Assembly: GCF_004010195.1 (NCBI RefSeq)
Contig: NC_057718.1
Coordinates: forward strand, 68,830,449-68,894,448
DNA from: Chiloscyllium plagiosum
Lineage: Eukaryota
Length of the DNA stretch: 64,000 nt
Reading direction: 5' to 3'
Positions within the stretch are counted from its first letter, which is position 1. Each line of letters starts with the position of its first letter. The notes under the pieces are model-generated. The model was not told where the DNA came from, did no database searches, and was given only the letters and a program-made list of their open reading frames with translations. Shown here one piece after another: positions 1 to 12,316 of the stretch. The translations under genes were made by a program, and so were the position numbers.

Positions 1-170
1 TGAAGAAGTTTTCCTCTTCACCCCCACCCTCCTCTAGCTTATCTCTCCACGCTTCAGGCTCTCTGCCTTTATTCCTGATGAAGGGCTTTTGCCCGAAACG
101 TCGATTTTGCCTGTCCTCGGATGCTGCCTGAATTGCTGTGCTCTTCCAGCACCACTGATCCAGAATCCAG
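1..170 (+). mobile_element. Penelope-like element 3' end (pLTR fragment) with hammerhead motif at 71-106
   Basis: attcCTGATGAagggcttttgcccGAAAcgtcgatt followed by ...ctcggatgctgcctgaattgctgtgctcttccagcaccact; same family as the 50005-50330 copy, which carries GIY-YIG C-terminal coding remnants. Confidence 0.75.
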
Positions 171-414
171 CACCTCATTGTTTACTGCAAGCTTTTATCT
201 GGTCAAAGTCATGCTAGCTGAGCCTTTGTCACACAACCCAAAACTTAACTCTTTCCCTACCTGAAGTGCAACACCTTACACTTACCTGGATTAAACTCCA
301 TCTGCCATTTCTCTGCCCAGATCTACAACTGATCTATATGCTGCTGTATATTTTTTTTGGAAAAATTCCACACTATCCACTGATCTTTGTAAGATTGTTA
401 CAATTTGTAAAGTT

Positions 415-2037
415 AATCACACAACACTAGGTTATAGTCCAACAGGTTTATTTGGAGGCACTAGCTTTTGAGGTGCTGCTTCTTCATCCGGTGGTTGTGA
501 AGCAGGACCATAAGAAACAGAATTTATAGGAAAAGATTACAGTGAAAAGACTACAGTGAAATCTTGAACAAACCTAGATTAAGTCTTTAATCTTTTAGAA
601 TGGATTTGCTGTTTTTGGTTCTTTAATATGTAGATCCCTAACTATTTCTAAGTAACATTCTCAAGATAATTTAAGGTTTTCATTCAAAAGGTGTCAGACA
701 ATGCATTAAAGGTGTGAGGTTACAGTCTGTCTGTTTGTATCCCAATTTGAGTCAGACTGGTTCTATTTCCTAAGTGGAATTTACAAAATATTGTAGGGAT
801 TGACTGCTTGCAGGTTCTGCATTTTTTGAGCAAAACAGAATGTATCTGCAAGTACAAATTCACTCCATAAACCTATACATGTGTGCATATGCAGGAGAGA
901 GTGTGTGTGTGTGCATGTGAGAGAGTGAGTGTTTGCGTGTGTGCAAGCTTGGTAAAATGTGTGATGGGGTATAAGTGTGCGTGCGTGCGTGTGTGTGCGC
1001 GCGTGCGCGCGCAGGTATGAAAAAGGGTGCATGTGTGGGTGGCACGGTGGCACAGTGCTTAGCACTGCTGTCTCACAGCACCAGAGACCTGGGTTCAATT
1101 CCCGCCTCAGGCAACTGTCTGTGTGGAGTTTGCACATTCTCCCCGTGTCTGCGTGGGTTTCCTCCGGGTGCTCCGGTTTCCTTCCACAGTCCAAAAAATG
1201 TGCAGTTTAGGTGAATTGGCCATGCTAAATTGCCCATAGTGTTAGGTGAAGGGGTAAATGTAGGGGAATGGGTCTGGATGGGTTGCTCTTTGGAGGGTCG
1301 GTGTGAACTTGTTGGGCCGAAGGGCCTGTTTTCACACTAAGTAATCTGATCTAAAAACAGTGGTGTCACCTGGAGTGTGACATGAACCCAAGGTCCCATT
1401 TGAGACTATCATCATGGGTACTGAACATGGCTATCAGCCTTTGCTTGCCTGTTCCGAAGTTCGCCTTGGAGGATGATCACCTGAAGAAGGTCTGAGGCCG
1501 AATGTCCCTGGCTGTTGAAGTGTTCCCTGACTGGTATTTCTATTTACAGAAATACATTTGCAGATAGATTCTATTTTGTTCAAAAATGCAGAACCTGCAA
1601 GCAGTCAATACAGGTAATATTTCGTAAATTATACTTTGAAATAGGACCAGTCTGACTCCAGATTGGGATACATACAGACTGTAAACTCACAATTTTAAGG
1701 TATTGTCTGAGCTGAGATGTCTCCTTTTGTTATAAAACCATAAGTCATCTTGAGAATGTGACCTTTGAAGAAGTTCTGGCATTTACATATTAAAGAACTA
1801 AAACCAGCAAACCCACTCTAAAAGGTGCAAAACATAACCATCTAGGTTTGTTCAATATATCATTTCAGCTGCATGAGACTGTAATCTTTTGCTATAAATT
1901 CTGTGTGTTATGATTCTGCTTCACAACCACCTGATGAAGGAGCAGCTCTCCAAAAGCTAGTGCTGTTGGACTATAACCTGGTGTTGTGTGAATTTTAACT
2001 CTATCCACCCCAGTCCAACACTGGCTCCTCCAAATCA
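415..2037. mobile_element. Penelope-like element in inverted-repeat arrangement with 16-bp TSD; contains a SINE and a TG/CG microsatellite
   Basis: 415-~870 is the reverse complement of ~1560-2000. TACAATTTGTAAAGTT flanks at 399-414 and 2038-2053. Hammerhead-like cacCTGATGAaggagc..ctcc(A)AAAgctagtg near 1928-1962. Confidence 0.75.
1037..1356 (+). mobile_element. HE1-like tRNA-derived V-SINE
   Basis: ggcacggtggcacagtg (A-box region), gggttcaattcc (B-box), V-domain tgtgtggagtttgcacattctccccgtgtctgcgtgggtttcctccggg, CR1-like 3' end and taatct tail. Confidence 0.9.
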
Positions 2038-2053
2038 TACAATTTGTAAAGTT

Positions 2054-3065
2054 CTGAATGGCCTTGACAAGGTGGAATGCATATTTACTCGTGTGGAAAA
2101 TTCCACAGCTAGGAGATACTTCTTTAAAATTAGTGATTGCTAAGATGAAGGAAATTTATTTTTTTTGAAGGTTTTGCGACTTTGGAACTTTCTGCCTCAC
2201 AATGTGGTGGAAACAGGGAGATTAAATATTTTAAAGATAACAGTGGATAGTTTTTCATCAGGCAAGGGAATCAAAATTTATCTGGGGAAAGGTGGGAATG
2301 GTATTTGGATCAGAGAGACCAACTGTGACCTTATTGGAAGGCAAGTGGCATGAATGGCTGATTTCTGCTCTTAATTCATATTGTTCATTCAATTCTTGGT
2401 GTCACACATTAGGAATGATATCAAGGCTTTTGCTGGGGTGCAGAAGAGATTTACCAGAATTGTTGAGGGCTTTCATTTGGTTAGAGAGACTAGAGAAGTT
2501 TGTTTCTCTTAGGAAGACAAGGTAAAGAAGAAATTCGATAAGTCTTCAAAATGAAGAAGGAGAGTAAATGAGGACAAACTACTTCTACTAGCAGAAAGGT
2601 TAGAAACAAAGGGCTGAGGAGTGGCAGATAGACTTAAATTGAGATACGTGTGAGGTGTTGCATTTTGATCAAACAAGCCAAGGCAGGACTTGAACAGTTG
2701 GTACCTTGTGGAATATTTTTGAACTAAGAGACCTAGGATTCAGGTATATAGTTCCTTGAAAGTGGCATCACAGGTAGACAGGGACGTTTGGCACACTTGC
2801 CTTCATTGGTCAGAGCATTGAGTAGAGGAGTTGTGATATCATGTTGCAGTTTTATAGGACATTGAGGCCAATTTTGGAGTACTGAATACAGTTCTGGTTG
2901 CCCTGCTATAGGAAGGGCATAATTAAATTGGAACGGGTACAGAAAAGATTTACAAGAATGTTACTGGCACTGGAGGGTTTGACTTATAAGGAGAAGTTGG
3001 ATCGACTGGAACATTTTTCCTTGGAACATAGGAGGTTGAAGGATGACCTTTATAGAAGTCTGTAA
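2054..3065 (+). mobile_element. Degenerate CR1-type LINE 3' fragments
   Basis: Decayed CR1 ORF2 C-terminal motifs (tgtgaggtgttgcattttg; cagttctggttgccctgctataggaagg; aaaagatttacaagaatgtt). Confidence 0.7.
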
Positions 3066-4005
3066 AGTGGAGCTTGAACCTACAGCCTTCTGATTCAGAG
3101 GCAAGAGTGCTGCCACCGAAACACAGCTGACATCACAATATTATAATTTGCTGATCCATTATGTAATGTCTAACTTTATTTGTACTGATGTAGAGTCAGA
3201 ACCTAGTAGCAAATGTTTACTTGCATCTTGGCTTCATTGACATTTGAGCCCTGTTGTAGCAAATCATAAACCTGGGACTGTCAGGGTCAACTAGATCCTG
3301 TGGGAAACCGAATTAAGTATATTGTTTGAATTTAATGATTAAGTTAATGTCCAAGTGAAGGCCACTATGATGATGGGAAACTCTGAGCAGTTGGCTGGGC
3401 TAAAGCATTTACATTATAGAAATATTTTCACTGATTTATATTTTGAGTAAAAGCTCTCATTGTACATCACCTGATGAGATTAGTTGAAGATTAATGTAAG
3501 TGTTTCCTGCAAAATTCTTCTGAATTTAAATTCAAAAATCAACAAGTGTTGCTTTCAAATTTGAGGCCTAGTTTTAAATCAAGCCCAGACAGAAGAATGA
3601 AAAATCTCCTTATCTGGCTATGGAATACAATGAAGGTTGTAAATTGCAACACTATAATCTCTCTTAACTCTGCAATGCAAGAAACAGAAATTAGATGTTG
3701 AGTCAATCTAAGACTCAATTCCTGGTACCCAACTCTGAGGATAAGTTACTATTGAGTTTGTGAATGGTGGAGAGAGGTAAAGAATGAATGAAAATACACA
3801 TTTTAAAATGGAGGGAAAATGAAATGACTAAACTGATCATAGTTGTCTTAAGGCAGGTCTTGAACAAGGCAACTTTTCTCTTTACTGAGTTCCAGTTTAT
3901 GGGAATAGAAGCTAATGCCATCTGATGATCTAAGCTCATTATTGTCTGAATTTACGTGGACCCCACATGTCAAATGCGTAATGTGTGTTTTTGTTTTTTT
4001 TACAG

Positions 4006-4092
4006 CATCTGAGGAGAAGGAGATTGTGAAGGGTCAATTTCTGAAAATAATGGATGCATATGGCTGTCTGGGAGTACTTTGTATAAAGAATG
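4006..4092 (+). CDS. SYNJ2: Synaptojanin (SYNJ2-like) coding exon, probably exon 2; Sac1 domain N-terminal part
   Basis: Acceptor ttttttttacag|CATCT and donor TG|gtaagt; 87 bp, phase 1-1. Translates (A)SEEKEIVKGQFLKIMDAYGCLGVLCIKN(G), resembling recalled SYNJ2 [23 protein letters not shown]. SYNJ1 has AYGLLG at this position. Confidence 0.9.
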
Positions 4093-4799
4093 GTAAGTGG
4101 ATAGGTGATCTTATGGAACCTAATGGAGCAGAATTGGTCAAAATTAGAATTTTGTCAGGTTTAGCAAGAATCTTATCAGATTTAGAAAAAAAAGTCTGCA
4201 TCCTGACAAGTTATAGAAGTTGAGCACTTTGGTGTGATATTCTATCAAATTAATTTGAATTTGAAGTGCACATTGAGTTGGGATTTTTTGCACTGACATG
4301 TTTTCATTTTTATTCCTTGCTCAGTTACCATTTGTATAATTTTGAAAATTCTGTCATTTCTTACCACTGCAATGTGAAGAATTGGGCCATTGTATAACAC
4401 AAAGGATGTAATTCAGCCCATTGTTCTTGTGCCAGCTCTTTGAAAGAACTAAAAATGAGTCCCAGTCTTCCTCAAAATCCTGAAAGCTTTAAATATAAAT
4501 CCAATCCCTTTTTAAGGTCACAATTGAATTTGCTTCCAGTGCCCTTTTGCATAGCACATGGTAAGACATTGCATAAACCGAATTCCCCTCATTCATCCTG
4601 GTTCTTTTGCTAATTATTTAAGATGTATTCCCTTTGGTTACTGATCTTCCTACAATTGGAAGCAATTTCCTACTTCTTAAATTTCTACATTATTTTTAAC
4701 TGTTTATTACATTTTTTCCTTCTTGATATGGAGAAGAATTCCATTTTCTTTAGACTCTCAACATATAATGAGTATTTTTCATCAGTTGTTGAAGAGAAT

Positions 4800-6854
4800 C
4801 CTGAGGGACAGGATGTACATGTATTTGGAAAGGCAAGGACTGATTAGGATAGTCAACATGGCTTTATGCGTGGGAAATCATGTCTCACAAATTTGACTGA
4901 GTTTTTTGAAGAAGTAACAAAGAGGATTGGTGAGGGCAGAGTGGTGGACATGGTCTGTATGGATTTCAGTAAGGCATACGACAAGGTTCCCCATGGGAGA
5001 CTGGTTATCAAGGTTGGATCTCATGGAATACAGGGAGAACTAGCCATTTGGATACAGAACTGGCTCAAAGGTAGAAGACAGAGGATTGTGGTAAGGGTTG
5101 TTTTTCAGACTGGAGGCCTGTGACCAGCGGAGTGCCACGAGGATCGGTGCTGGGTTCACTATTTTTCGTCATTTATATAAATGATTTGGATGTGAGCATA
5201 AGAGGTATAGTTAGTAAGTTTGCAGATGACAGCAAAATTGGATGTGTAGTGAACAGCGAAGAAAGTTACTTCAGAGTATAACGAGATTAGATTAGATTAC
5301 TTACAGCGTGGAAACAGGCCCTTCGGCCCAACAAGTCCACATCGCCCTGCCGAAGCGCAACCCACCCATACCCCTACATTTACCCCGTACCTAACACTAC
5401 GGGCAATTTAGCATGGCCAATTCACCTGACCTGCACATCTTTGGACTGTGGGAGGAAACCGGAGCACCTGGAGGAAACTCACGCAGACACTGGGAGAACG
5501 TGCAAACTCCACACAGTCAGTCGCCTGAGGCGGGAATTGAACCCGGGTCTCTGGCGCAGTGAGGCAGCAGNNNNNNNNNNNNNNNNNNNNNNNNNNNNNN
5601 NNNNNNNNNNNNNNNNNNNNNNNNNNNNNNNNNNNNNNNNNNNNNNNNNNNNNNNNNNNNNNNNNNNNNNNNNNNNNNNNNNNNNNNNNNNNNNNNNNNN
5701 NNNNNNNNNNNNNNNNNNNNNNNNNNNNNNNNNNNNNNNNNNNNNNNNNNNNNNNNNNNNNNNNNNNNNNNNNNNNNNNNNNNNNNNNNNNNNNNNNNNN
5801 NNNNNNNNNNNNNNNNNNNNNNNNNNNNNNNNNNNNNNNNNNNNNNNNNNNNNNNNNNNNNNNNNNNNNNNNNNNNNNNNNNNNNNNNNNNNNNNNNNNN
5901 NNNNNNNNNNNNNNNNNNNNNNNNNNNNNNNNNNNNNNNNNNNNNNNNNNNNNNNNNNNNNNNNNNNNNNNNNNNNNNNNNNNNNNNNNCCGTGCCGCCC
6001 ACCTTGATCAGATGGGCCAATGGGCTGAGGAGTGGCAGTTGGAGTTTAATTTAGATAAATGTGAGGTGCTGCATTTTGGAAAAGCAAATTTCAGCAGGAC
6101 TTATACACTTAATGGTAAGGTCCTAGAGAGTGTTGCTGAACAAGAGACCTTGGAGTGCAGGTTCATAGCTCCTTGAAAGTGGAGTCGCAGGTAGATAGGA
6201 TAGTGAAGAAGGCGTTTGGTATGCTTTTCTTTATTGGTCAGAGCATTGAGTACAGGAGTTGGGAGGTCATGTTGCGGCTGTACAAGACATTGATTAGGCC
6301 ATTTTTGGAATATTGCGTGCAATTCTGGTCTCCTTCCTATCGAAAAGATGTTGTGAAACTTGAAAGGGTTCAGTAAAGATTTACAAGGATGTTGCCAGAG
6401 TTGGAGGGTTTGAGCTTTAGGGAGAGGTTGAATAGGCAAGGGCTGTAATCCCTGGCACCTCGAAAGCTGACTAGTGACCTTATAGAGGTTTATAAAATCA
6501 TGAGGGTACGGATAGGGTAAATAGACAAGATCTTTCCCTGGGGTGGGGGAGTCCTGAACTAGAGGCAGAAATACAAGTTTAGGGTGAAAGGGGAAAGATA
6601 TAAGAGACCTAAGGGCAACCTTTTCACGCAGAGAGTGGTGCGTGTGTGGAATAAACTGCCAGAGGAAGTGATGGAGGCTATTACAATTGCAACATTTAAA
6701 AGACATCTTGGTAGGAATATGAGTAAGAAGGGTTTAGAGGGATATGGGCCGGGCGCTGGCAGGTGGGACTAGATTGGGTTGTGATATCTGGTTGGCATGG
6801 ATGAGTTGGACCGAAAGGTCTGTTTCCATGCTGTATGTCTCTATGACTCTATGA
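4800..6854 (+). mobile_element. 5'-truncated CR1/HER1-type LINE (RT domain to 3' tail), interrupted by a SINE and an N gap
   Basis: ORF fragments GKSCLTNLTEFFEEVT...DFSKAYDKVPHGRL, LEYCVQFWSP and FTQRVVRVWN; tail ctctatgactctatga. Confidence 0.92.
5284..6001 (-). mobile_element. HE1-like V-SINE inserted in CR1 (spans N gap 5571-5989)
   Basis: (GATTA)n tail and reverse-complement V-SINE body; head cgtgccgccc follows the gap. Confidence 0.88.
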
Positions 6855-7780
6855 ATGTATAATTGAACACCGTCATTTCTGGTATCACGAGTAAAATTCT
6901 TTTTAACCTATTCCACAATCTTGACGTTATTTCTAAATTGTGATTCCTAGAAATAGGTAGAATTTTAGTTGAGGTTGGTTTTTAAAAAGGGCCACATCTG
7001 ACATAGACAAGAATGATACCCATACAGTGAATAGGAGCCAAGTGTTTTATTTCCTGTGTCTGATTTAAATAATGCAGAGCAGTATCCCTCCTCAATCTGG
7101 CAGGATTGATGTTAGGGTTATGGGATGGGAGCTGAAACTGGATAGAGCATTAGGTGGCAGGGACCCAAGCAAATAGTCATTGGTATTAAATTGTTACAGG
7201 GTTTTTGAAGCTGCACAAAAATAAGAAAACGTAAAGTGAGTAATGAGTTAATTGTGAGGGACTTTCATTTCATATTTGATAAATTAATTGGCAAAGGTAG
7301 CTTGGAAGATGAGTTTATGAAAATTATTTTAGATGGTCTTTTACCTAGCTGATTCCTTGACAACTGTTCCAGAAAACTCTTTTAGATTTAGCATTGTGTA
7401 ATGAGTCTGGCATGTTTGTTAATCTTCAATTAACAGATCTTGGGAAAGTTTGATCATTAATATGACTGACTTTAAAGCAAGTTTTGGAGCTGTATGATTA
7501 AGTTGGAAATAGGTATCTTTAAATTTAAACACATTCAGTTATGGAGGTTTGAGAAGTGTGTGGGTTAAGTTATTTTGAGAAATTAGTTAAGATAAATAAG
7601 CCATGGCAATATATGAATTAATTCATATTTTCAACTATTATACATTCGATTGAGTCGTAAAACCTTTGTTGGAAGAATTCTACAGCCACATCTGAGTAGA
7701 TAAGTTTGTGATAGAATTAGTTTAAAAGATTTCTGATGTTATGAAAAAGACAAGTAATTCTGTGATTCGGGAGGGTTTCG

Positions 7781-8135
7781 AACCAATAGACAATAGGTGC
7801 AGGAGTAGGCCATTCTGCCCTTCGAGCCTGCACCACCATTCATTATGATCATGGCTGATCATCCTCAATTAGTATCCTGTTCCTGCCTTATCGCCTTAAC
7901 CCTTGATTCCATTATCCTTGAGAGCTCTATCCAACTCTTTCTTAAATGAATCCAGAGACTGGGGCAGAGCATTCCACACATCCACCACTCTCTGGGTGAA
8001 GAAGTTTCTCCTCATCTCTGTCCTAAATGGCCTACCCCTTATTTTTAAGCTGTGTCCTCTGGTTCGGGACTCACCCATCAGTGGAAACATGTTTCCTGCC
8101 TCCTGCCTCCAGAGTGTCCAATCCTTTAATAATCT
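7781..8135 (-). mobile_element. CR1-type LINE 3' fragment
   Basis: Minus ORF GESRTRGHSLKIRGRPFRTEMRRNFFTQRVVDVWNALP...FKKELDRAL. Confidence 0.88.
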
Positions 8136-8924
8136 TATAACCAGCAAAAGATGACCTAGAAATTCAAGAAGAAAGGGAATAAGAGAATAGGTAATCAAAA
8201 GATTCTCTACTGTGCTGAACCTTCATCATGAGGCTCATTTTTATTTTTCTCTTTTATTTCAATTCCAACTTTTAACTAAAAGGGATGCTAATTTTGAATC
8301 CTCTTTAGCTCCTTATAACAATATGCTCACTTTGGATCTGAAGTATCTCCATTTTTGAAGACTTTTCTTTTTATTCTCGTCAGTTTATCTTTCCAATTTC
8401 CCTTGGCCATATCCCTTTTTAATTCACAAATTAGTGGTTCCAGTTCAGTATCTTTGGGTTTGAATGTTTCCTCCTTTTTATTATTATGATGCATCTTCAT
8501 CACACTCCTCTTGGTGTAAGATTAATTTGTTACCACTATCATCTTTTTTGGTTGAAATCTATGGGGCTGATGCATTGGCTTCCAGTTGTGAAACCTGCTG
8601 TTGTGCATAGAACACAGAGATTCACCACACCAGGGGAAAAAAAACAGGAGGAGCATGCTCCTATAGAGCTTAATTTCTCTGTGGTTTTAACTGCTAGTCT
8701 CAAACTTTCATGTCACAGAATTTAAACTTTCTCAAATAACCCCTTCAGGGTTTTAACCAAAACACTTCTGATTTTGAACTTTTACTGAAAGGTAGAGTTC
8801 TTTATGTAAGAGATAGAGTTCTCTTCTGCTTTTCTGAGTATAGGTAGTCAGAATGAATATTAGTAGGAGACCATGAGGTTTGATTTTTTGCAGCAATACT
8901 CTGTCCAGATACATATTGTGTTTT

Positions 8925-10030
8925 AGTGAGTTTTGAGAAGATTTGTAGCTCAGGTTGAGGTTCTGGATGTAGGTTTGCTCGCTGAGCTGGGAGGTTCATT
9001 TCCAGATGTTTTGTCACCCTACTAGGTAACATCTTCAGTGGGCCTCAGGCGAAGCGGTGATTCCTGCTTTCTATTTATGTGTTTAGGTTTCTTTGGGTTG
9101 ATGATGTTATTTCCTGTGGTGATGTCATTTTCTGTTCTTTTTCTCAGGGGGTGGTAGATGGGGTCTAACTCTGTTTGTTGAGAATTCTGGTTGGCATGCC
9201 ATGCTTCTAGGGGAATTCTCGTGCTTGTCTCTGTTTAGCTTTCCTAAGTTGGATGTATTGTCCCAGTCGAAGTGGTGTCCTTCCTTATCTGTATGTAAGG
9301 ATACTTTGTAGGGGATTTTGTATTCAAAAAGAATGGGTACCATGGGTACCCAATGAACACACTCCGCCGATTTCTCAGCAACAAACCCAAGCAAGCAGAC
9401 AAAGCATGTCCAGAAACCTTAGCCGCTCTCCCCTACATCAAAGACATCTCGGACATGATTGCCAAACTACTCAGACCCATTGGCATCATGGTAGCCCACA
9501 AACCCACCAACACACTGAAACAGCAGCTAATGAACTTGAAAGACCCTATACAGACAACAAGCAAAACTAATGTCATTTACAAAATACTGTGCAAGAACTG
9601 TAACAAGCCCTACTTTGGACAAACCGGCAGAAAACTAGCCACTAGGATATGTGGACACCAACTAGCCACAAAATGACATGACCCTCTCTCACTCGTATCC
9701 TTACATACAGATAAGGAAGGACACCACTTCGACTGGGACAACACATCCATCTTAGGACAAGCCAAACAGAGATATGCACAAACATTCCTAGGAGCATGGC
9801 ATTCCAACCGGAACTCTATCAACAAACACATCGGGTTAGACCCCATCTATCACCCCCTGAGAAAAATAACAGAAAATGACATCGCTAACCCAAAGAAACC
9901 CAAACACACAGATCGAAAGCAGGAATCATGTACACTGCTTCGCCTGAGGCCCACTGAAGTTGTTACCAAGTAAGGTGATGAAATGTCTGGAAACGAATAT
10001 CCCAGCTCAGCAAGCAAACCTACATCCACA
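8925..10030. mobile_element. Penelope-like element, inverted-repeat structure, with GIY-YIG endonuclease remnant on +
   Basis: ORF 9353-9676 (ALPYIKDISDMIAKLLRP...NVIYKILCKNCNKPYFGQTGRKLATRI) is the PLE RT-thumb/GIY-YIG region. 8960-9300 is the reverse complement of ~9695-10030. Decayed hammerhead motifs near 9002-9042 (-) and 9951-9990 (+). Confidence 0.9.
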
Positions 10031-10044
10031 TGTTATGTTTCCTG

Positions 10045-10400
10045 AGATGGGGTTAGAGTCCTCTGGAATGGGTTTAGTTGAGGTTAGAGTCCTCTGCGTG
10101 GTACTGAGGTTCACATCCCCTGGGTGGGTTTTGTTGAGGTTAGAGTCCTCTGCGCAGTACTGGAGTTCAAGTCCCCTGGGTTAGGGGTGTGATTGAGATT
10201 CAAGTCCTCTGCGCGATATTGGGGTTCGAGTCTACTGGGTTAATTTGCAGTTCAAGTCTTCCGCACTGTGCTGTGGTTTGAGCTTTGTGTTTAATTGGGG
10301 TTCAAGCTCTCTGCGTATAAGCGAGGTTCAGGTTCTCTGTGTTTAAATGGAATTCAAGCCCTCATGAGGAGTAAAGTGAGAAAGGGGTTAAAGTCCCCTA
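10045..10400 (+). repeat. Degenerate tandem repeat (~13 units, 26-35 bp spacing) with core GGTT(C/A)RAGTCC
   Basis: Recurring ggttagagtcctctg, agttcaagtcccctg, ggttcgagtct and ggttcaagctctctg units. Confidence 0.75.
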
Positions 10401-11684
10401 GTGGTGAAATTTGAGGCTCTGTGAGTCTTTGTTCTGGGGGAAGAGAGTGGCTGGATCGTGGCGCCATGTGGTCCGCCGCAAGGGCTTTCTGTTTTTATAA
10501 GTGTCATTGCAGTGAGAGAATGCAAAAAAAAGAGAAACGCTGAAATTAAGGTTTAATAATACTTGGGTTAAAAAAGGAAAGTTTCAATGGAGATTATACC
10601 ATGCTGAGAGTGTTTGTCGTTTAAAAATTTTGGTTTGTTCAAATACTGATTCTGAAAATCCTTTTAAGGAACTATTTTGCCTTGTTCGAATCAGGATCTC
10701 AATTCAAAGTGTTTTGTGGGCTGTGTATTGGGGCAGATTTTCTTTCTACATTGAAATTGTACAACATTAAGTCCTTTTTAAAATGATCAAGCTTAAAACA
10801 AATTGAGTGCCTTGATGTGTTTGAAATTCTACAATACCTGTTTAAAAAGGGACAGTTGGGTCAGTGGTCATGGTTTAACCAGATGAGAGTATTGTATTAA
10901 AATATCTTTGCTGCTGCGCAGCATGTTTACAAAAAGAAGAATGCATTTTTAGTTTGATGGTTGGTTAAGATTTTCTAGACAATATTAGAACTTGAGGCTG
11001 AGCTGTTTAAATTCTGTTAATTATTGTTAAGATTTCATTGGCCCCCTTCAAATTGCAAATTTAAAGAATGTTGATCACTACCAAAATTGCCTCCATAATT
11101 TCAACTGTTTTAGTCGGGAAGTTTCATTTGGAGAACATATTTTAATATATTCTGCATTTGTTTCCCACAAATATTTGAGACTTAAATCTGAACTGAAACT
11201 GCCTCTTAAATGCAAGAGCACAGGAAACATTTTGTTGTTTTCTTGCTGTTCCAGACAGCTTTCACATTAGCCAAATATCAATTTGTTAAAAGAAAATAAT
11301 TTTGGAATAACCTGAATGGGGGACCTGCGTGGGTTTGATTTTAGGACCATTGATTGTTGTTTGTACTGCCTAAACAATTCAGTTAATTATAATGTAGAAG
11401 TTTATGGATTGTATAAAACTTGGTAGTGTCATAGACAGTGAACAGAGTAACAGACTTCAAGAATTCAAAGAGTGTTGAAATAAGCAGACACAATTTAGTG
11501 TAGTTAAATGTGTGACTGTCTTCATACGGATACCCACCCTGGCAAGGAAGGAATGAAAGAGAAGATGCAAAGATACTTTCAGCAGCTAACATCGTCTCTA
11601 AAGTTTCTCCATTCACAGCACATCTTCAGACCATCGCCCACCCCTCCACAGCCAGTTCCAACAGATTCAATCAGCTTCCCAGCC

Positions 11685-11981
11685 ATGAGCACGAAATATC
11701 AATATGAAATTGATGAGGAGGTCGGTACGCTTCTTGTCAGTGGCCATCCAATGGACATTACGCCATTTGAGCTTTACCATATGAGATATGAAGATTCACT
11801 GATCAAGCTAACATCACAACAGCCAGTTGGCATTGTTACGTTTAACAGCAGAGCGGGGGCAGAAGCAGCAAACAATGCTGCGTTCACCTGGCCTGCAGCT
11901 GCTGCACTGCACGCTCAGTTGCACTGGTATCCTCTATCTGAAAAGTATCTGCAAGAATGGAAGTCTTGTCAGTTTAGTTAA
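11685..11981 (+). pseudogene. RBPMS2: Intronless processed copy of RBPMS2/RBPMS (RRM RNA-binding protein), internally deleted but still open; probable UTR-derived flanks ~11520-12300
   Basis: GCCATGAGC start. [21 protein letters not shown]...[31 protein letters not shown] resembles EEVRTLFVSGLP.DIKPRELY...[28 protein letters not shown]. The C-terminus [18 protein letters not shown]...WKSCQFS resembles [17 protein letters not shown]...GWK.RQFC. No introns; many substitutions at conserved residues. Confidence 0.85.
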
Positions 11982-12316
11982 GTATTTAAATACCATTATC
12001 CAAGAATTCAGATTTCTCCGTGGTGTGATGGACAGACTGAATTTTGTTTTCAGGTTGGACTTTGCTGAAGGAGACTTTTGGAGAACTGGCTTGTTTCCAC
12101 TTGACTTGAAGGGGATGGAGTGGTCACTAAGGACTGTGGATTTAAGAACTTTATTGGTGAATTTTTTTTCCACATAGGAGGATTCTTCAAATTCTAATTA
12201 CTGCAATGGACTAGTAATTCTTGTTGTTATAATCACTGTCTATTGTGCATCAATAACTTAAATACTGGCTGTCAGAGTCTTATGCAAGTTAGTAATGCCA
12301 TCGGTTATCATTAAAT

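Noticed and set aside
900..1012. Alternating purine-pyrimidine (TG/CG) tract as a Z-DNA regulatory element
   Set aside because: Simple microsatellite inside a transposon; no evidence of function.
1037..1110. tRNA-like A/B-box sequences (also ~3070-3130 and 52750-52830)
   Set aside because: SINE heads continuing into SINE body; no complete cloverleaf evident.
781..1214. Recurrent ORFs such as MDCGRKPEHPEETHADTGRMCKLHT (also 5441, 19109, 25870, 29024, 47444)
   Set aside because: Chance translations of the non-coding V-SINE; they recur only because the SINE does.
3915..4223. ORF-track proteins at 3915-4223, 35719-36111 and 42189-42392 as standalone genes
   Set aside because: Each is a SYNJ2 exon plus read-through into intron; splice sites define the real boundaries.
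5441..6176. Long ORFs running through X stretches (also 29024-29783, 32502-33610, 47444-48192)
   Set aside because: Artefacts of N gaps. The 419-N gap sits where only ~20 bp of SINE are missing, so gap sizes are unreliable.
10045..10400. CRISPR-like repeat array
   Set aside because: Vertebrate intron, highly degenerate repeats, spacers too short and related to each other, and no cas genes.
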